Shown here: positions 9,186 to 18,320 of the stretch, piece after piece | Numbering within the stretch: position 1 is the first letter of the stretch | How the letters are laid out: each line of letters begins with the position of its first letter | Virus record (IMG/VR): IMGVR_UViG_3300048587_001155 | Span: 1-64,000 of that record | Source: a virus | DNA length: 64,000 nt | Direction: 5' to 3' (one strand) | Made by a program: the position numbers and the translations under genes | The notes under the pieces: model-generated | The model's input: only the letters and a program-made list of their open reading frames with translations | Databases searched by the model: none | What the model was told of the DNA's origin: nothing

Positions 9186-10292
9186 ATGGCAAAACGCATC
9201 AAGGTTTGGGTTATGCACTACAAGGGTCTAAAGGACCTTCGTTTGCAATGGATTGACCCGGTCACAGGGAAGCGAAAAACCAAGTCCGCCAAGACTGCCG
9301 ATCCTGAGGTTGCCAAGCAAGCGGCATCCGACCTCGAATACGAACTCAACCACAACCTCTATGACGAGCCGTCAAAGATGCCGTGGGACGATTTCAGGCG
9401 GGTCTACATCGAGGAGAAGTTTGCCGGTGGATCCGAGAACACGATTTCAAAAGCGGAAACCGTGCTCTCGGATTTCGGCACGCGGTCTCATATCAAGACA
9501 ATCGGAGAGGTGACCGAGCGCACCTTTAGCAATTACGCCAGCAAACTTCGAACATTAGGCCGATCCGCGGCTACTATCCACGGGAACATGGCCTACCTCA
9601 AGGCGGCATTCCGCTGGGCCCACGATCAAGCCATCATCGGCCGTATGCCAAAAATCATCATGCCAAAACTTCCCAAGGGCGCGAATAAGGTAAAGGTCCG
9701 CAACGCTGCGAGAATCACCACAGAAGAATTTGAACGACTCCTTTTGAACTGCCCTTCGAACAGTTGGAAACTCCTCGTCGCTTTCGCGTGGCATTGCGGC
9801 ATGCGACGTTGTGAGGCGATGGCGGTTCACGGTGAGCAGATTGACCTTGCCGGGCGGGTGATATCAGTTCCCGACAACAAAGCGAGGAATCAAGCCGCCG
9901 TTGTCGTTATCACCCCCGAGCTATCGGAGATGCTGAAGTCGATGTTCCCGGACGGAATCCCTCATGGGCCGATCGTTCGCCAGATCCCCAAGAGCGATCG
10001 CGAGGTGTCGCGGGACTTCGTTGCCAACATATCGAGCAAGGCACTGGTGAAGGGCAACAGCCGCGCGAATAAGTTCACCGGGTTCGCCACACTTCACGAC
10101 CTCCGCCGGAGCTACGGGACGCGATGGGCCGCGAGGGTTCCAGCACAGATCCTGAAAGAGATGATGCGGCACGCGGACATCAAGACGACGATGGAATTCT
10201 ACGCCGATGCCGAGCAAGCCATGATGGACGCAGTGTGGTCGAAAGAGGCAATTTTGAACAACACAAAGGATCACACAAAGGCAGGCGAGTAA
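9186..10292 (+). CDS. int: Tyrosine recombinase/integrase
   Basis: GMRRCE (R), HDLRR (HxxR), RHAD (H) and FY (Y) catalytic residues; adjacent to the tRNA att fragment. Confidence 0.92.
   Translation: MAKRIKVWVMHYKGLKDLRLQWIDPVTGKRKTKSAKTADPEVAKQAASDLEYELNHNLYDEPSKMPWDDFRRVYIEEKFAGGSENTISKAETVLSDFGTRSHIKTIGEVTERTFSNYASKLRTLGRSAATIHGNMAYLKAAFRWAHDQAIIGRMPKIIMPKLPKGANKVKVRNAARITTEEFERLLLNCPSNSWKLLVAFAWHCGMRRCEAMAVHGEQIDLAGRVISVPDNKARNQAAVVVITPELSEMLKSMFPDGIPHGPIVRQIPKSDREVSRDFVANISSKALVKGNSRANKFTGFATLHDLRRSYGTRWAARVPAQILKEMMRHADIKTTMEFYADAEQAMMDAVWSKEAILNNTKDHTKAGE
10261..10281 (+). repeat. Direct repeat ACACAAAGG x2 (putative integrase arm site, left element)
   Basis: Copies at 10261-10269 and 10273-10281, 12-bp period, about 60 bp from the att core. 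Confidence 0.5.
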
Positions 10293-10338
10293 GTGGGTTG
10301 ATTTGGCTTTGTTAATCGACCTAAGTCTTTACCAGGAG

Positions 10339-10395
10339 CGGAGAGGGGGGGATTCGAACCCCCGGTCCCATTTCTGGAACACAGCATTTCCAGTG
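10339..10395 (-). tRNA. 3' half of tRNA-Ser(GGA); att-site remnant, not an intact tRNA
   Basis: Minus strand carries the anticodon loop CTGGAAA, the 3' anticodon-stem strand TGCTG, a long variable arm, the GGTTCGAATCC T-arm and a CTCTCCG acceptor 3' strand. The D-arm and 5' acceptor strand are absent. Confidence 0.85.
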
Positions 10396-10508
10396 ATAGA
10401 GACTCCGCGAATGGCAATCTACTCGGGAGCGACATGACGATTTCACTGAGAAAATGGGTCACGAATGACGCGCGAATTGTTCGCGACCCGTGAACGAGAT
10501 CCGTCAGT

Positions 10509-10529
10509 GTAACAGTTTACGTAACAGTT
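10509..10529 (+). repeat. Direct repeat GTAACAGTT x2 (putative integrase arm site, right element)
   Basis: Copies at 10509-10517 and 10521-10529, 12-bp period, about 115 bp from the att core. Confidence 0.5.
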
Positions 10530-11100
10530 GACGGTTGCGCGGAAGAGAGCGGGCGACCTCGAGAGCGAGGCTAATAACCAGATTGATGAACTCAATAAGG
10601 AGCTGCACTTGCCGTTTGCAATTCAGTTGCCTATTCCTGCAAGTATCTTGTCTTAGGCGGCGGCACTGAGCCCGCGGCAAGAAATGAAATACCCGAGACG
10701 TCCGGCAAAGATCGTCTCGGGTAAGAACATCGCAGAGGCGGTATTGTAGCTCCCAGTCTCTTCGCGTCCACTTCGATGTTCACCTCATCTCTTGTTTGAA
10801 ACGGTTCCGAGTTTCGATTAGCCGGTTCGCAATGCCCGAAGCCGTAAAGGCATTCCACGACGCCGACACGTCTTTCGATCCCATAGCTACTTCAGGCCGG
10901 CATCTAACCCCAAAAGGGTTCGAGCTCGTCTTTCTCCGATGTAGCAACGGTCGTGACTCTCACCTGCAGACCGACCTAACGGTCTACCAGTTTTGTTGAT
11001 CGTCGACCTCGCCAATGATCGAAAGCCTTATTCCGCAGTTTGAATCTGAACTACCAGAATCAAAGGATTGCTACGCGCACTTCTAAGAAAGGATGTTGAA

Positions 11101-11811
11101 ATGGCTGGTTTCAATGAGAAGACTCCAGGGAGCTTTACCATCTGGACCGATGGTGCTTGTATCGACCTGCGATACGGTGGCTGGGCTTTCCTAATTCACG
11201 ATGATCGTGACGGAGAAACGATTTCATCGTCCGATGGAGTCGATCATACGACGAACAATCGAATGGAATTGGCGGCCGTGATCGAAGCGTTGTTGGCGAT
11301 ACCAGAGGGATCGAGGGCGAGAGTTATATCCGACAGTCGTTACGTGGTAAATGGCCTCAACCTTTGGATGAAGAAGTGGGAAAAGTGTGGCTGGAATCGA
11401 AAAGCAACAAAGAAAGACTCCGGCGAGCTTAAGAACAAAGACCTTTGGAAGCGAATTAGCGAGCTCTGCAAGAATCGAAGCGTTGTAGCGTGTTGGGTTA
11501 AAGGACATAACGGGGATCAAGGTAACGAATGGTGCGACCAGCAAGCAACTGAGCGGGCAAGCGAAGTTCTACAAGAAGATCAAAGGTCCCGACTCGGAAA
11601 GCTTCCTGAGGTCGATCCAATGAACGCGACGAGTGTGAGGAATCGCATTCGCTCGAAAGGAGTGACATACGACTTCAACGTCTGTGGCGTCAAAGTTCAG
11701 ACAATCTTTCCAAGGGAATTACACCCCTCCGAAGTTGCTGGATTCGAGCAACTTCTTCAGACCGGCATCAATGACTTGTTGCAGTCGCCATCGCAGGATG
11801 ATCGTTTGTAA
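11101..11811 (+). CDS. RNase HI-family protein with intact catalytic site and a C-terminal extension
   Basis: WTDG, TNNRMEL, ISDSRYV, WVKGH and GNEWCD match the D10/E48/D70/H124/D134 positions of E. coli RNase HI. Confidence 0.9.
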   Translation: MAGFNEKTPGSFTIWTDGACIDLRYGGWAFLIHDDRDGETISSSDGVDHTTNNRMELAAVIEALLAIPEGSRARVISDSRYVVNGLNLWMKKWEKCGWNRKATKKDSGELKNKDLWKRISELCKNRSVVACWVKGHNGDQGNEWCDQQATERASEVLQEDQRSRLGKLPEVDPMNATSVRNRIRSKGVTYDFNVCGVKVQTIFPRELHPSEVAGFEQLLQTGINDLLQSPSQDDRL

Positions 11812-11832
11812 TACAGTCGCGATAACAAAGGA

Positions 11833-12570
11833 ATGTTCGCAATGTCTAGCGATAACGCCATTCATCCCGACTACTCGATTTGGATCTCAGGCTGTTCGCT
11901 TCCGTCTCGCGATGGCGGATGGGCTTTTTTAATTCACACTGAGGTAGACGGCCGCATGTCGTCAGATAGCGGCCATCAAGGCGACACATCACACCATCGA
12001 ATGGAAATGATCGCAGCAATCAATGCACTGAAGATCGTTCCTAGCAACAAACGAGTGACGCTTCATTCTCAAGATCAGTATCTCGTCGATGGAATCAATC
12101 TCTGGATCGATAAGTGGGCTCGAAATGGATGGCAACGAAATGGATCAGACGCAAAGTCATTGCTGAACATCGAGAAATGGAAGGAGATTCATGCCCTCTT
12201 AAACGACAGAGTAACGGCTATCCATGTTTCCGTTGATGATTACGACATACACATTGGGAGCGAGTGGTGTTTCGCGGAAGCTAAGCGTCAAGCTGTATGC
12301 CTTCATTCGAAGCACACCTACCGAAAGAAGAAGGCGCCTCATCCGCCTATTCGACCAACTCATGCCCAGAACAAAGAACACCGCCGGAACGGGAAGTTTC
12401 CCAAGAGGGGAAAGAAGGAACGATTCGGTCAACCGACACTACTGACCGGATTCTTTCCGGACGATCGTCGGATCAATCTCACATTCTCGAAGCGATTAGC
12501 ACCGATCGAAATCGATCGAATCAAGAGGGCCATTGAACAAGCATTGATCGATACCGGTCGTGGCGTTTGA
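11833..12570 (+). CDS. RNase HI-like protein with degenerate active site
   Basis: GGWAFL, HRMEMIAAINAL, YLVDGINLWIDKW; catalytic positions read S/E/Q/F. Confidence 0.8.
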   Translation: MFAMSSDNAIHPDYSIWISGCSLPSRDGGWAFLIHTEVDGRMSSDSGHQGDTSHHRMEMIAAINALKIVPSNKRVTLHSQDQYLVDGINLWIDKWARNGWQRNGSDAKSLLNIEKWKEIHALLNDRVTAIHVSVDDYDIHIGSEWCFAEAKRQAVCLHSKHTYRKKKAPHPPIRPTHAQNKEHRRNGKFPKRGKKERFGQPTLLTGFFPDDRRINLTFSKRLAPIEIDRIKRAIEQALIDTGRGV

Positions 12571-12676
12571 TCGACTGACAGCTCCATGTCAATCACTCGG
12601 AGACAGGGCAATTTACCAATCTCCACATTAGATACCTAAGCCGCACGCGCTCGGCGTGCAACGAAAGGAGCACATC

Positions 12677-13402
12677 ATGATTCAGGAGCACAACAACTCA
12701 GTCATGATCTGGGTCGGTGCAGTTGCATTGAAACAAGGATTTGGAGGTTGGGCATTCTTGCTTCAGAGGAAGGAGACCGGTCTGATCGAGTCCGGATTCG
12801 GCCGGAGTGTTGACACGACGAAGTACCGCATGGCACTTGAAGCAGCGTGCCAGGCTGTCAGCCGATGTAAGCAAAACGACGTCATAACCATCGTGTCTGA
12901 TCTCACCTACCTTGTTAATGGAATCGAAGCCGGTCTTCGTCGAAAGACTATCGCAGGCGAAGAGGATAACGTCGATCTCTGGAAACGCCTCTTAATTGGA
13001 GCAAACTCTCGAGAAGTAAAAGCCCTTTGGACGCGAGATTATTCTGTTCGCGCTAATCGCTGGTGCAACATACAGGCAAAGCGGTCGGCGCAAAGTCTTC
13101 GGGACGGAAGGTCAGTGCCATCAAGTCTTCCACTTCCAGAGTCCAAGTGCATCGATCAAGACAAGATGGCAGCATTTGCATCCGAGCTGAAGCGAACCAA
13201 CTGCGTTCCGCAAGTTATGGAATGCTTGGAAATATCAGCTCTCTCGTTCGACGGTGATTTGATCTCAATCGAACTATCGCGTGATCCCTCTGGAACCGAG
13301 AAGTTCAAGCTTGAGAGAGCGGTCAAGAAGGCGATTCGATCAATGGCTGTCAAGCAAGAGAGGATTAACTCGCGTCCGGCAAAAAAGAATCGACCTCGCT
13401 GA
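12677..13402 (+). CDS. RNase HI-like protein with degenerate active site
   Basis: GGWAFL, YRMALEAA, VSDLTYLVNG, NVDLWKRL, NRWCN; catalytic positions read G/A/D/N. Confidence 0.78.
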   Translation: MIQEHNNSVMIWVGAVALKQGFGGWAFLLQRKETGLIESGFGRSVDTTKYRMALEAACQAVSRCKQNDVITIVSDLTYLVNGIEAGLRRKTIAGEEDNVDLWKRLLIGANSREVKALWTRDYSVRANRWCNIQAKRSAQSLRDGRSVPSSLPLPESKCIDQDKMAAFASELKRTNCVPQVMECLEISALSFDGDLISIELSRDPSGTEKFKLERAVKKAIRSMAVKQERINSRPAKKNRPR

Positions 13403-13463
13403 GAGACCCGTTCACACACAGGGAGATTGTTGAAAGTTTCGATAGATAACTGAGGATCTCGCA

Positions 13464-14402
13464 ATGGAAGAATCTGATTGGCTCGTCGAGGCGAAGGGAA
13501 GTTGCTCTAGCGTTTCCGGCGGACCGGGAGCATGGCGTGTTCGAGTACTCGAGAAGACTAATGGACGACACGAAGAGCAAAGCGGAAACAGTTCGAATAC
13601 ATCTCCGCTCGAGATGGAGCTGACTGCGGCATTGAACGGGCTTCGAATGATACCGAAACGAGGATCGGTGACGCTTATGGTTCGGAACCCGATCATCGTA
13701 AATGTTTTGCGAGGAAGCGAACTGCCATCGAAGCACAATGATTTGTGGAGATGCATTCAAGCGGAGTCATTGCCAAGAAGTGTCAACGCTGTAACAGTTC
13801 GCAATTTCGTCGAGATCGACCGCGCGATCGAGCAACGAAACAAGAAGGAGCAGAGAGAGAAAGCGAGGATGTCTTCGACGTCGGAACTCGAGACTCTGCC
13901 ACTCTTCGACCACGACATCACGATCTACACGAACGGCGCAAACTCCAATAAAGTTTGCGGGTGGGCATTTCTACTTCACAACAAGCGTACTGGTGAGATG
14001 GAGACCGGCGCCGGTTCGATTCGTCAAACAAATGTGAATCGGATGAAGCATCTGGCGATAGTAGAAGGACTCAAACGAGCTCCGCAGAATGGGCGGATCC
14101 GGGTTCTCACCGACATGAAATATCTCGCTGACGGAATTACTTACAAGATAGATGTGTGGCATAGCTGGGGATGGCGCAAGTCAGCGAACGGTTGTGTTGA
14201 ACGGCCGAACCCCGATCTTTGGGAAGACGTTTGGCAATCCAAGAGGGTGAGCGACGTTCGAGTTGACTGGGTGCGAAGTAACACCGGGATCGAAGGGCAA
14301 GATTGGTGCGCAACAGAAGCTACTCGACAGGTGGATATCGCTCTTAGAAAGCGAGCAGGAGAGCAGGCCGAACTACCTCGTTTGGATTCGACTCAGCCAT
14401 GA
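13464..14402 (+). CDS. Two-domain RNase HI-like protein, both domains degenerate
   Basis: Domain 1: GGPGAW, EMELTAALNGL, HNDLW. Domain 2: IYTNG, GWAFL, NRMKHLAIVEGL, LTDMKYLADG, NPDLW, DWCATEA. Confidence 0.78.
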   Translation: MEESDWLVEAKGSCSSVSGGPGAWRVRVLEKTNGRHEEQSGNSSNTSPLEMELTAALNGLRMIPKRGSVTLMVRNPIIVNVLRGSELPSKHNDLWRCIQAESLPRSVNAVTVRNFVEIDRAIEQRNKKEQREKARMSSTSELETLPLFDHDITIYTNGANSNKVCGWAFLLHNKRTGEMETGAGSIRQTNVNRMKHLAIVEGLKRAPQNGRIRVLTDMKYLADGITYKIDVWHSWGWRKSANGCVERPNPDLWEDVWQSKRVSDVRVDWVRSNTGIEGQDWCATEATRQVDIALRKRAGEQAELPRLDSTQP

Positions 14403-14794
14403 GATCCCGTGTGGGCGTCGAGACGAATGTCGTTGTAACAATCTTGAGAGTCTTTCCTGGTTTTCTCAATCGGCCGGTCGCGGTCGCGATCGAAAAGGAA
14501 GCTCGCTTTGAGTGTCGGGCGAAATACCGAAACGTGAGTATGAACCATCAAATACTATGCCGAAGTAAGTCAAAAGCTGCTCGGGATAATCCACAGTGAT
14601 AATCTCAATCCCGTCAAAAACGGTAGAACCTGACTATCTTTACGACCCATTCCCTCGATTTGAAAGAAAGTCTGTGGAAAGTAAGGAGCCTCGCTTCGCC
14701 AATCGCTGCCGCCAGAATCGTTTTGAATTTACTCCCCGCTATGCCCAGACCGATCCTAGACTTTGAAGCGTAAAAACGCGGGGTCTTTAGTTCG

Positions 14795-16117
14795 ATGATG
14801 AAATCAGATGAACAGTTAAGCAGCGCTCAAGTTACGACTCCCTTGCGGGTGATCGAACTTTTTTGGCGTCTACTGAGACATCGTCGGCCTGCTATTGGGC
14901 ATGTCCTCGACATGGGGGCGGGCGATGGACGATTCGCGAAAGCCGGGGAATTCAGATCATACTTGGGAATAGAAATCGATCCGACAAGATCGAGGCATGC
15001 AAAGATCCCGAAGAACGCCAAAATTATAAGAGGCTGTGCGTTCAAGCATTCAGGCAGAGGTTATGATGCCTGCATTGGTAATCCTCCTTATGTCCGACAT
15101 CACGATATCGAGGGGAGTTGGAAACAGCGAACACTCCAAAGTCTTTCAAAATCGCTCGGAGTGAAGCTAGATTGTCGTTTCAATCTTTACCTCTACTTCA
15201 TGTGCCTCGGTCTCCTGCGCACTGCTCACGATGGGATATTGGCAGTCGTCGTTCCGCACGAATGGATTGGCCGTCCATCATCGCGTCCACTTCGCGAGTA
15301 CATTAGCAAACAATCGTGGGACGTAGATGTCTATCGGTTCACTCAGCCCATTTTCGAAGGAGTCCTGACGACTGCTTCGATCACATTCATTGATAAGTCA
15401 TCATCATCCGGCTCGTGGCGACACTATGATCTTTCGAATAACTTCGAAATGAATCCGAGGCCGATTCCTCGAAAATCTGTTCCTCAAATCCTCCCGTACG
15501 AACGCCGGGGAAAAATTTGGGCTATTCGCGGCCTGAGTCCCGGGTCACAGCGTTTCTTCGTTCTGACGGAGGGGGAACGAATTCACAACGGACTCAGGAA
15601 GTCGGACGTAGTTCCATGCGTGACGTCAATGTCTTCTATGCCGTCCGAAGTTGCCACATTATCGGTAAGTGCATTCAAAAAACACTTTGTGAACGCTGGC
15701 GAAAAATGTTGGTTGATAAAATCGCACTCAGAGAGCCCTAGCGATTCATTGGCCGCGTACCTTGGGACCGTTCCAGCTGGGATTCGATCAAACTTCACCT
15801 GCTCATCTCGCACCGTCTGGCATCAATTCCGTATGCCGAAACCTCCGGACATCCTGGTGAGCTCAGGATTCGTTTCGTTTGGACCTAAGGTAGTCGTGAA
15901 TGAAATTGGCGCGATTGGGATCGGAACTATTCATGGCGTGCACGGGGTCCCAAAGTCCAAACGGATCGGTTTGCGAAATTTCTTAGTGTCAACGAACTTT
16001 GAAAAACAGATTATTCCACATGCAAACACGTTGAAGAAAATCGAAGTTCGCCAGCTTAACGCAGCTCTCAATCGATATTCCACAGAGGTGAATAGAAATG
16101 CCGCGCGTCCTCTCTGA
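14795..16117 (+). CDS. N6-adenine DNA methyltransferase (gamma class)
   Basis: LDMGAGDGRF (motif I) followed by GNPPYVR (motif IV); C-terminal TRD-like region. Confidence 0.88.
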   Translation: MMKSDEQLSSAQVTTPLRVIELFWRLLRHRRPAIGHVLDMGAGDGRFAKAGEFRSYLGIEIDPTRSRHAKIPKNAKIIRGCAFKHSGRGYDACIGNPPYVRHHDIEGSWKQRTLQSLSKSLGVKLDCRFNLYLYFMCLGLLRTAHDGILAVVVPHEWIGRPSSRPLREYISKQSWDVDVYRFTQPIFEGVLTTASITFIDKSSSSGSWRHYDLSNNFEMNPRPIPRKSVPQILPYERRGKIWAIRGLSPGSQRFFVLTEGERIHNGLRKSDVVPCVTSMSSMPSEVATLSVSAFKKHFVNAGEKCWLIKSHSESPSDSLAAYLGTVPAGIRSNFTCSSRTVWHQFRMPKPPDILVSSGFVSFGPKVVVNEIGAIGIGTIHGVHGVPKSKRIGLRNFLVSTNFEKQIIPHANTLKKIEVRQLNAALNRYSTEVNRNAARPL

Positions 16118-18320
16118 GCAAGATATTCCGTTTCAAACCGAAGGACGCTTGCTGCAAGAGCTAGGGCTGCGACTCGTCGCTAGTCCGCAGGTCGCACTTG
16201 TCGAACTCATTAAAAACGCTTACGACGCCGATTCGCCAATATGCGATGTTCGGTTAGAGGGCCAGAGAACGCTGATCGTTGAAGATCACGGAAGCGGTAT
16301 GACGCTTGACGATTTTCGAAACAGATGGATGCGAATCGCGACATCTGACAAGGCGACTCTTGCTACGTCGCCGAGGTTCAAACGTCCGCTCACTGGCGCA
16401 AAAGGTATTGGCAGATTCGCCGTGAGATTTCTGGGGAATCATCTCCATCTGACGTCAGTTGCATACGACAAGAGTCGAAAACTCCTCACTCAACTTGACG
16501 CCGATTTCAATTGGACCGCTCTCGATCGAGAAAGAGACATCTCTCACGCAGTTGTTCATTGCAAATTGATTGCAGCACCAGCCGGCGCACAAACGGGAAC
16601 CGTATTGCGAATTAGCTCTTTACGACAAGAAGTCGACTTTGCCCGCGACCAGTCCTTACGATCGGATGTCCTCCAAATCGTCACGCCTTTGCAGGGGTTG
16701 GATCGCGGTAAATTTGCGACGGAAAATGGAGTAGGAAGCGCCGATCCTGGATTCAAGGTAACACTTCCCGGTACCGATTCAGACGAGAATCTCGACCTCG
16801 CAGAACTCGTATTGAATAACTATTGGGCAAGATTGACTGTCGAACTTGTTGGAGCGCGTCTCAAGATAAAGGTGCACCTACACGAGTCTGGTGAAACGAG
16901 CGAACTAAATCTGCGTGTCGCAAGCGTCATCTCCAAAGGTTTCTTTGCCGATATCCGTTACTTCCCGCGTCGCAAGGGAGTTTTTAGCCAAAAGGGTATT
17001 GATGGACGGAAGGCATGGAACTGGGTTCGAACGAACTGCGGTATTAAAGTCGTTGACCACGGCTTTCATATTCATCCATATGGATTCAAAAAGGACGACT
17101 GGCTGCATCTTGATCATGATACGTCACACAATGAGCGGCAATGGAGCACACGAATTGCCCAAGAGCATTTTCCGATTAACCAGCTGATTCAGAAAGACCC
17201 GGCCATTAACCCTGCTCTGAATCTCGCATCAAATTTTCAGGTAGTTGGCGCCGTATTTATTGAGACAGCTCGTGACGCAGGAAATAAAGATGTAATCGAT
17301 TTATTACCTGCAATGGATCGCGAGGGCTTACTCGAAAATCAGGCTTTCCTTCAGTTAGTTGAATTCGTGAGGAGTGGGCTTGAATTTCTTGCGCATGTTG
17401 ACAAGCGTGCTCTCTTGAAGAAGCTAGAAATGGATGCGAAGCTTGCGGCCAAGTCGGCCCGGAAAGACATCCAGCAAGCAATCTCCCATATTCGTAATAG
17501 TCCGACACTGACATCTGCCGACAAATCGAGGATTGTCAAGCAATACGCATCGCTCGCTGCGCAAGTCGAGAAACAAGAGGAGTATTCTCAGCAAGCGCGC
17601 AGAGGCCTCGTTACCATGGGGCTGCTCGGCGTTGTTGCTGGATTTATGACGCATGAAAGTCGCGCAATACTTCATGATCTAGAATTAACCGTTTTGGCCA
17701 TACAACGACTGGCAAAGAAGGATCGATCACTCCAGAAGGACGCGGATCAGCTCGAGCATCGTCTAAACACATTTCGCGGGTATCTCGACTATTCTCGTTT
17801 ATTCATTCAAAGTGCACGGGTTCTACGCGATGAACCTCTAGCCGTTGCTAGCCAAATTCGCCGAATTATTGCGAACTTTGGCTCTGTTGCCAAAGATCGG
17901 GGCATCAAAGTGAGTATTGATGTGGATGAATCTGTAAAGACACCTCCGCTGCCGGTAACTGCTTACAGTGGCATCTTGCTGAATCTTTTTACCAATGCGG
18001 TGAAAGGAATTCTTGCAGCGGCCGGTAGCACTCCGAAGCCACTGATCAGCTTTCGATCGTGGAATGAACAGGATCGACATATCGTTGAAGTTGCTGACAA
18101 CGGTATTGGTATTCCACCGGAATTGAGACGAAGAGTGTTTGATCCTCTTTTCACCACCACTTCGGATGTCGGCAACCCGCTTGGATCCGGAATGGGCTTG
18201 GGCTTAACATTAGTCGAACAGGTTGTACGCGAATTTGAAGGAAGGATAACCCTTCTGGAAGTTCCGCCTCCGGGATTCAGCACGTGTTTTCGAGTCGTCT
18301 TTCCGAGGAAAGATAAATGA
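16098..18320 (+). CDS. GHKL (MORC/MutL-like) ATPase fused to a histidine kinase
   Basis: N-terminal ELIKNAYDAD, DHGSGM, GAKGIGRFA; C-terminal FMTHE H-box, NLFTNA, DNGIGI, FDPLFTT, GSGMGLGL. Confidence 0.88.
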   Translation: MPRVLSEQDIPFQTEGRLLQELGLRLVASPQVALVELIKNAYDADSPICDVRLEGQRTLIVEDHGSGMTLDDFRNRWMRIATSDKATLATSPRFKRPLTGAKGIGRFAVRFLGNHLHLTSVAYDKSRKLLTQLDADFNWTALDRERDISHAVVHCKLIAAPAGAQTGTVLRISSLRQEVDFARDQSLRSDVLQIVTPLQGLDRGKFATENGVGSADPGFKVTLPGTDSDENLDLAELVLNNYWARLTVELVGARLKIKVHLHESGETSELNLRVASVISKGFFADIRYFPRRKGVFSQKGIDGRKAWNWVRTNCGIKVVDHGFHIHPYGFKKDDWLHLDHDTSHNERQWSTRIAQEHFPINQLIQKDPAINPALNLASNFQVVGAVFIETARDAGNKDVIDLLPAMDREGLLENQAFLQLVEFVRSGLEFLAHVDKRALLKKLEMDAKLAAKSARKDIQQAISHIRNSPTLTSADKSRIVKQYASLAAQVEKQEEYSQQARRGLVTMGLLGVVAGFMTHESRAILHDLELTVLAIQRLAKKDRSLQKDADQLEHRLNTFRGYLDYSRLFIQSARVLRDEPLAVASQIRRIIANFGSVAKDRGIKVSIDVDESVKTPPLPVTAYSGILLNLFTNAVKGILAAAGSTPKPLISFRSWNEQDRHIVEVADNGIGIPPELRRRVFDPLFTTTSDVGNPLGSGMGLGLTLVEQVVREFEGRITLLEVPPPGFSTCFRVVFPRKDK

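Larger units (their letters stand above)
1..10338 (+). mobile_element. Phage satellite-like / defective-prophage integrated element (left end outside window)
   Basis: Co-oriented HTH, protease-capsid fusion, P4-type primase-helicase with iterons, Ogr-like protein, tape measure, CsrA and tyrosine integrase, ending next to a tRNA-Ser 3' fragment. Confidence 0.75.

Noticed and set aside
10339-10430. Intact tRNA-Ser gene
   Set aside because: Similarity stops at the anticodon loop; there is no D-arm or 5' acceptor strand.
10400-14402. Retron or DGR built around the RNase H genes
   Set aside because: No reverse transcriptase ORF, no TR/VR pair and no convincing msr-msd inverted repeats seen in the window.
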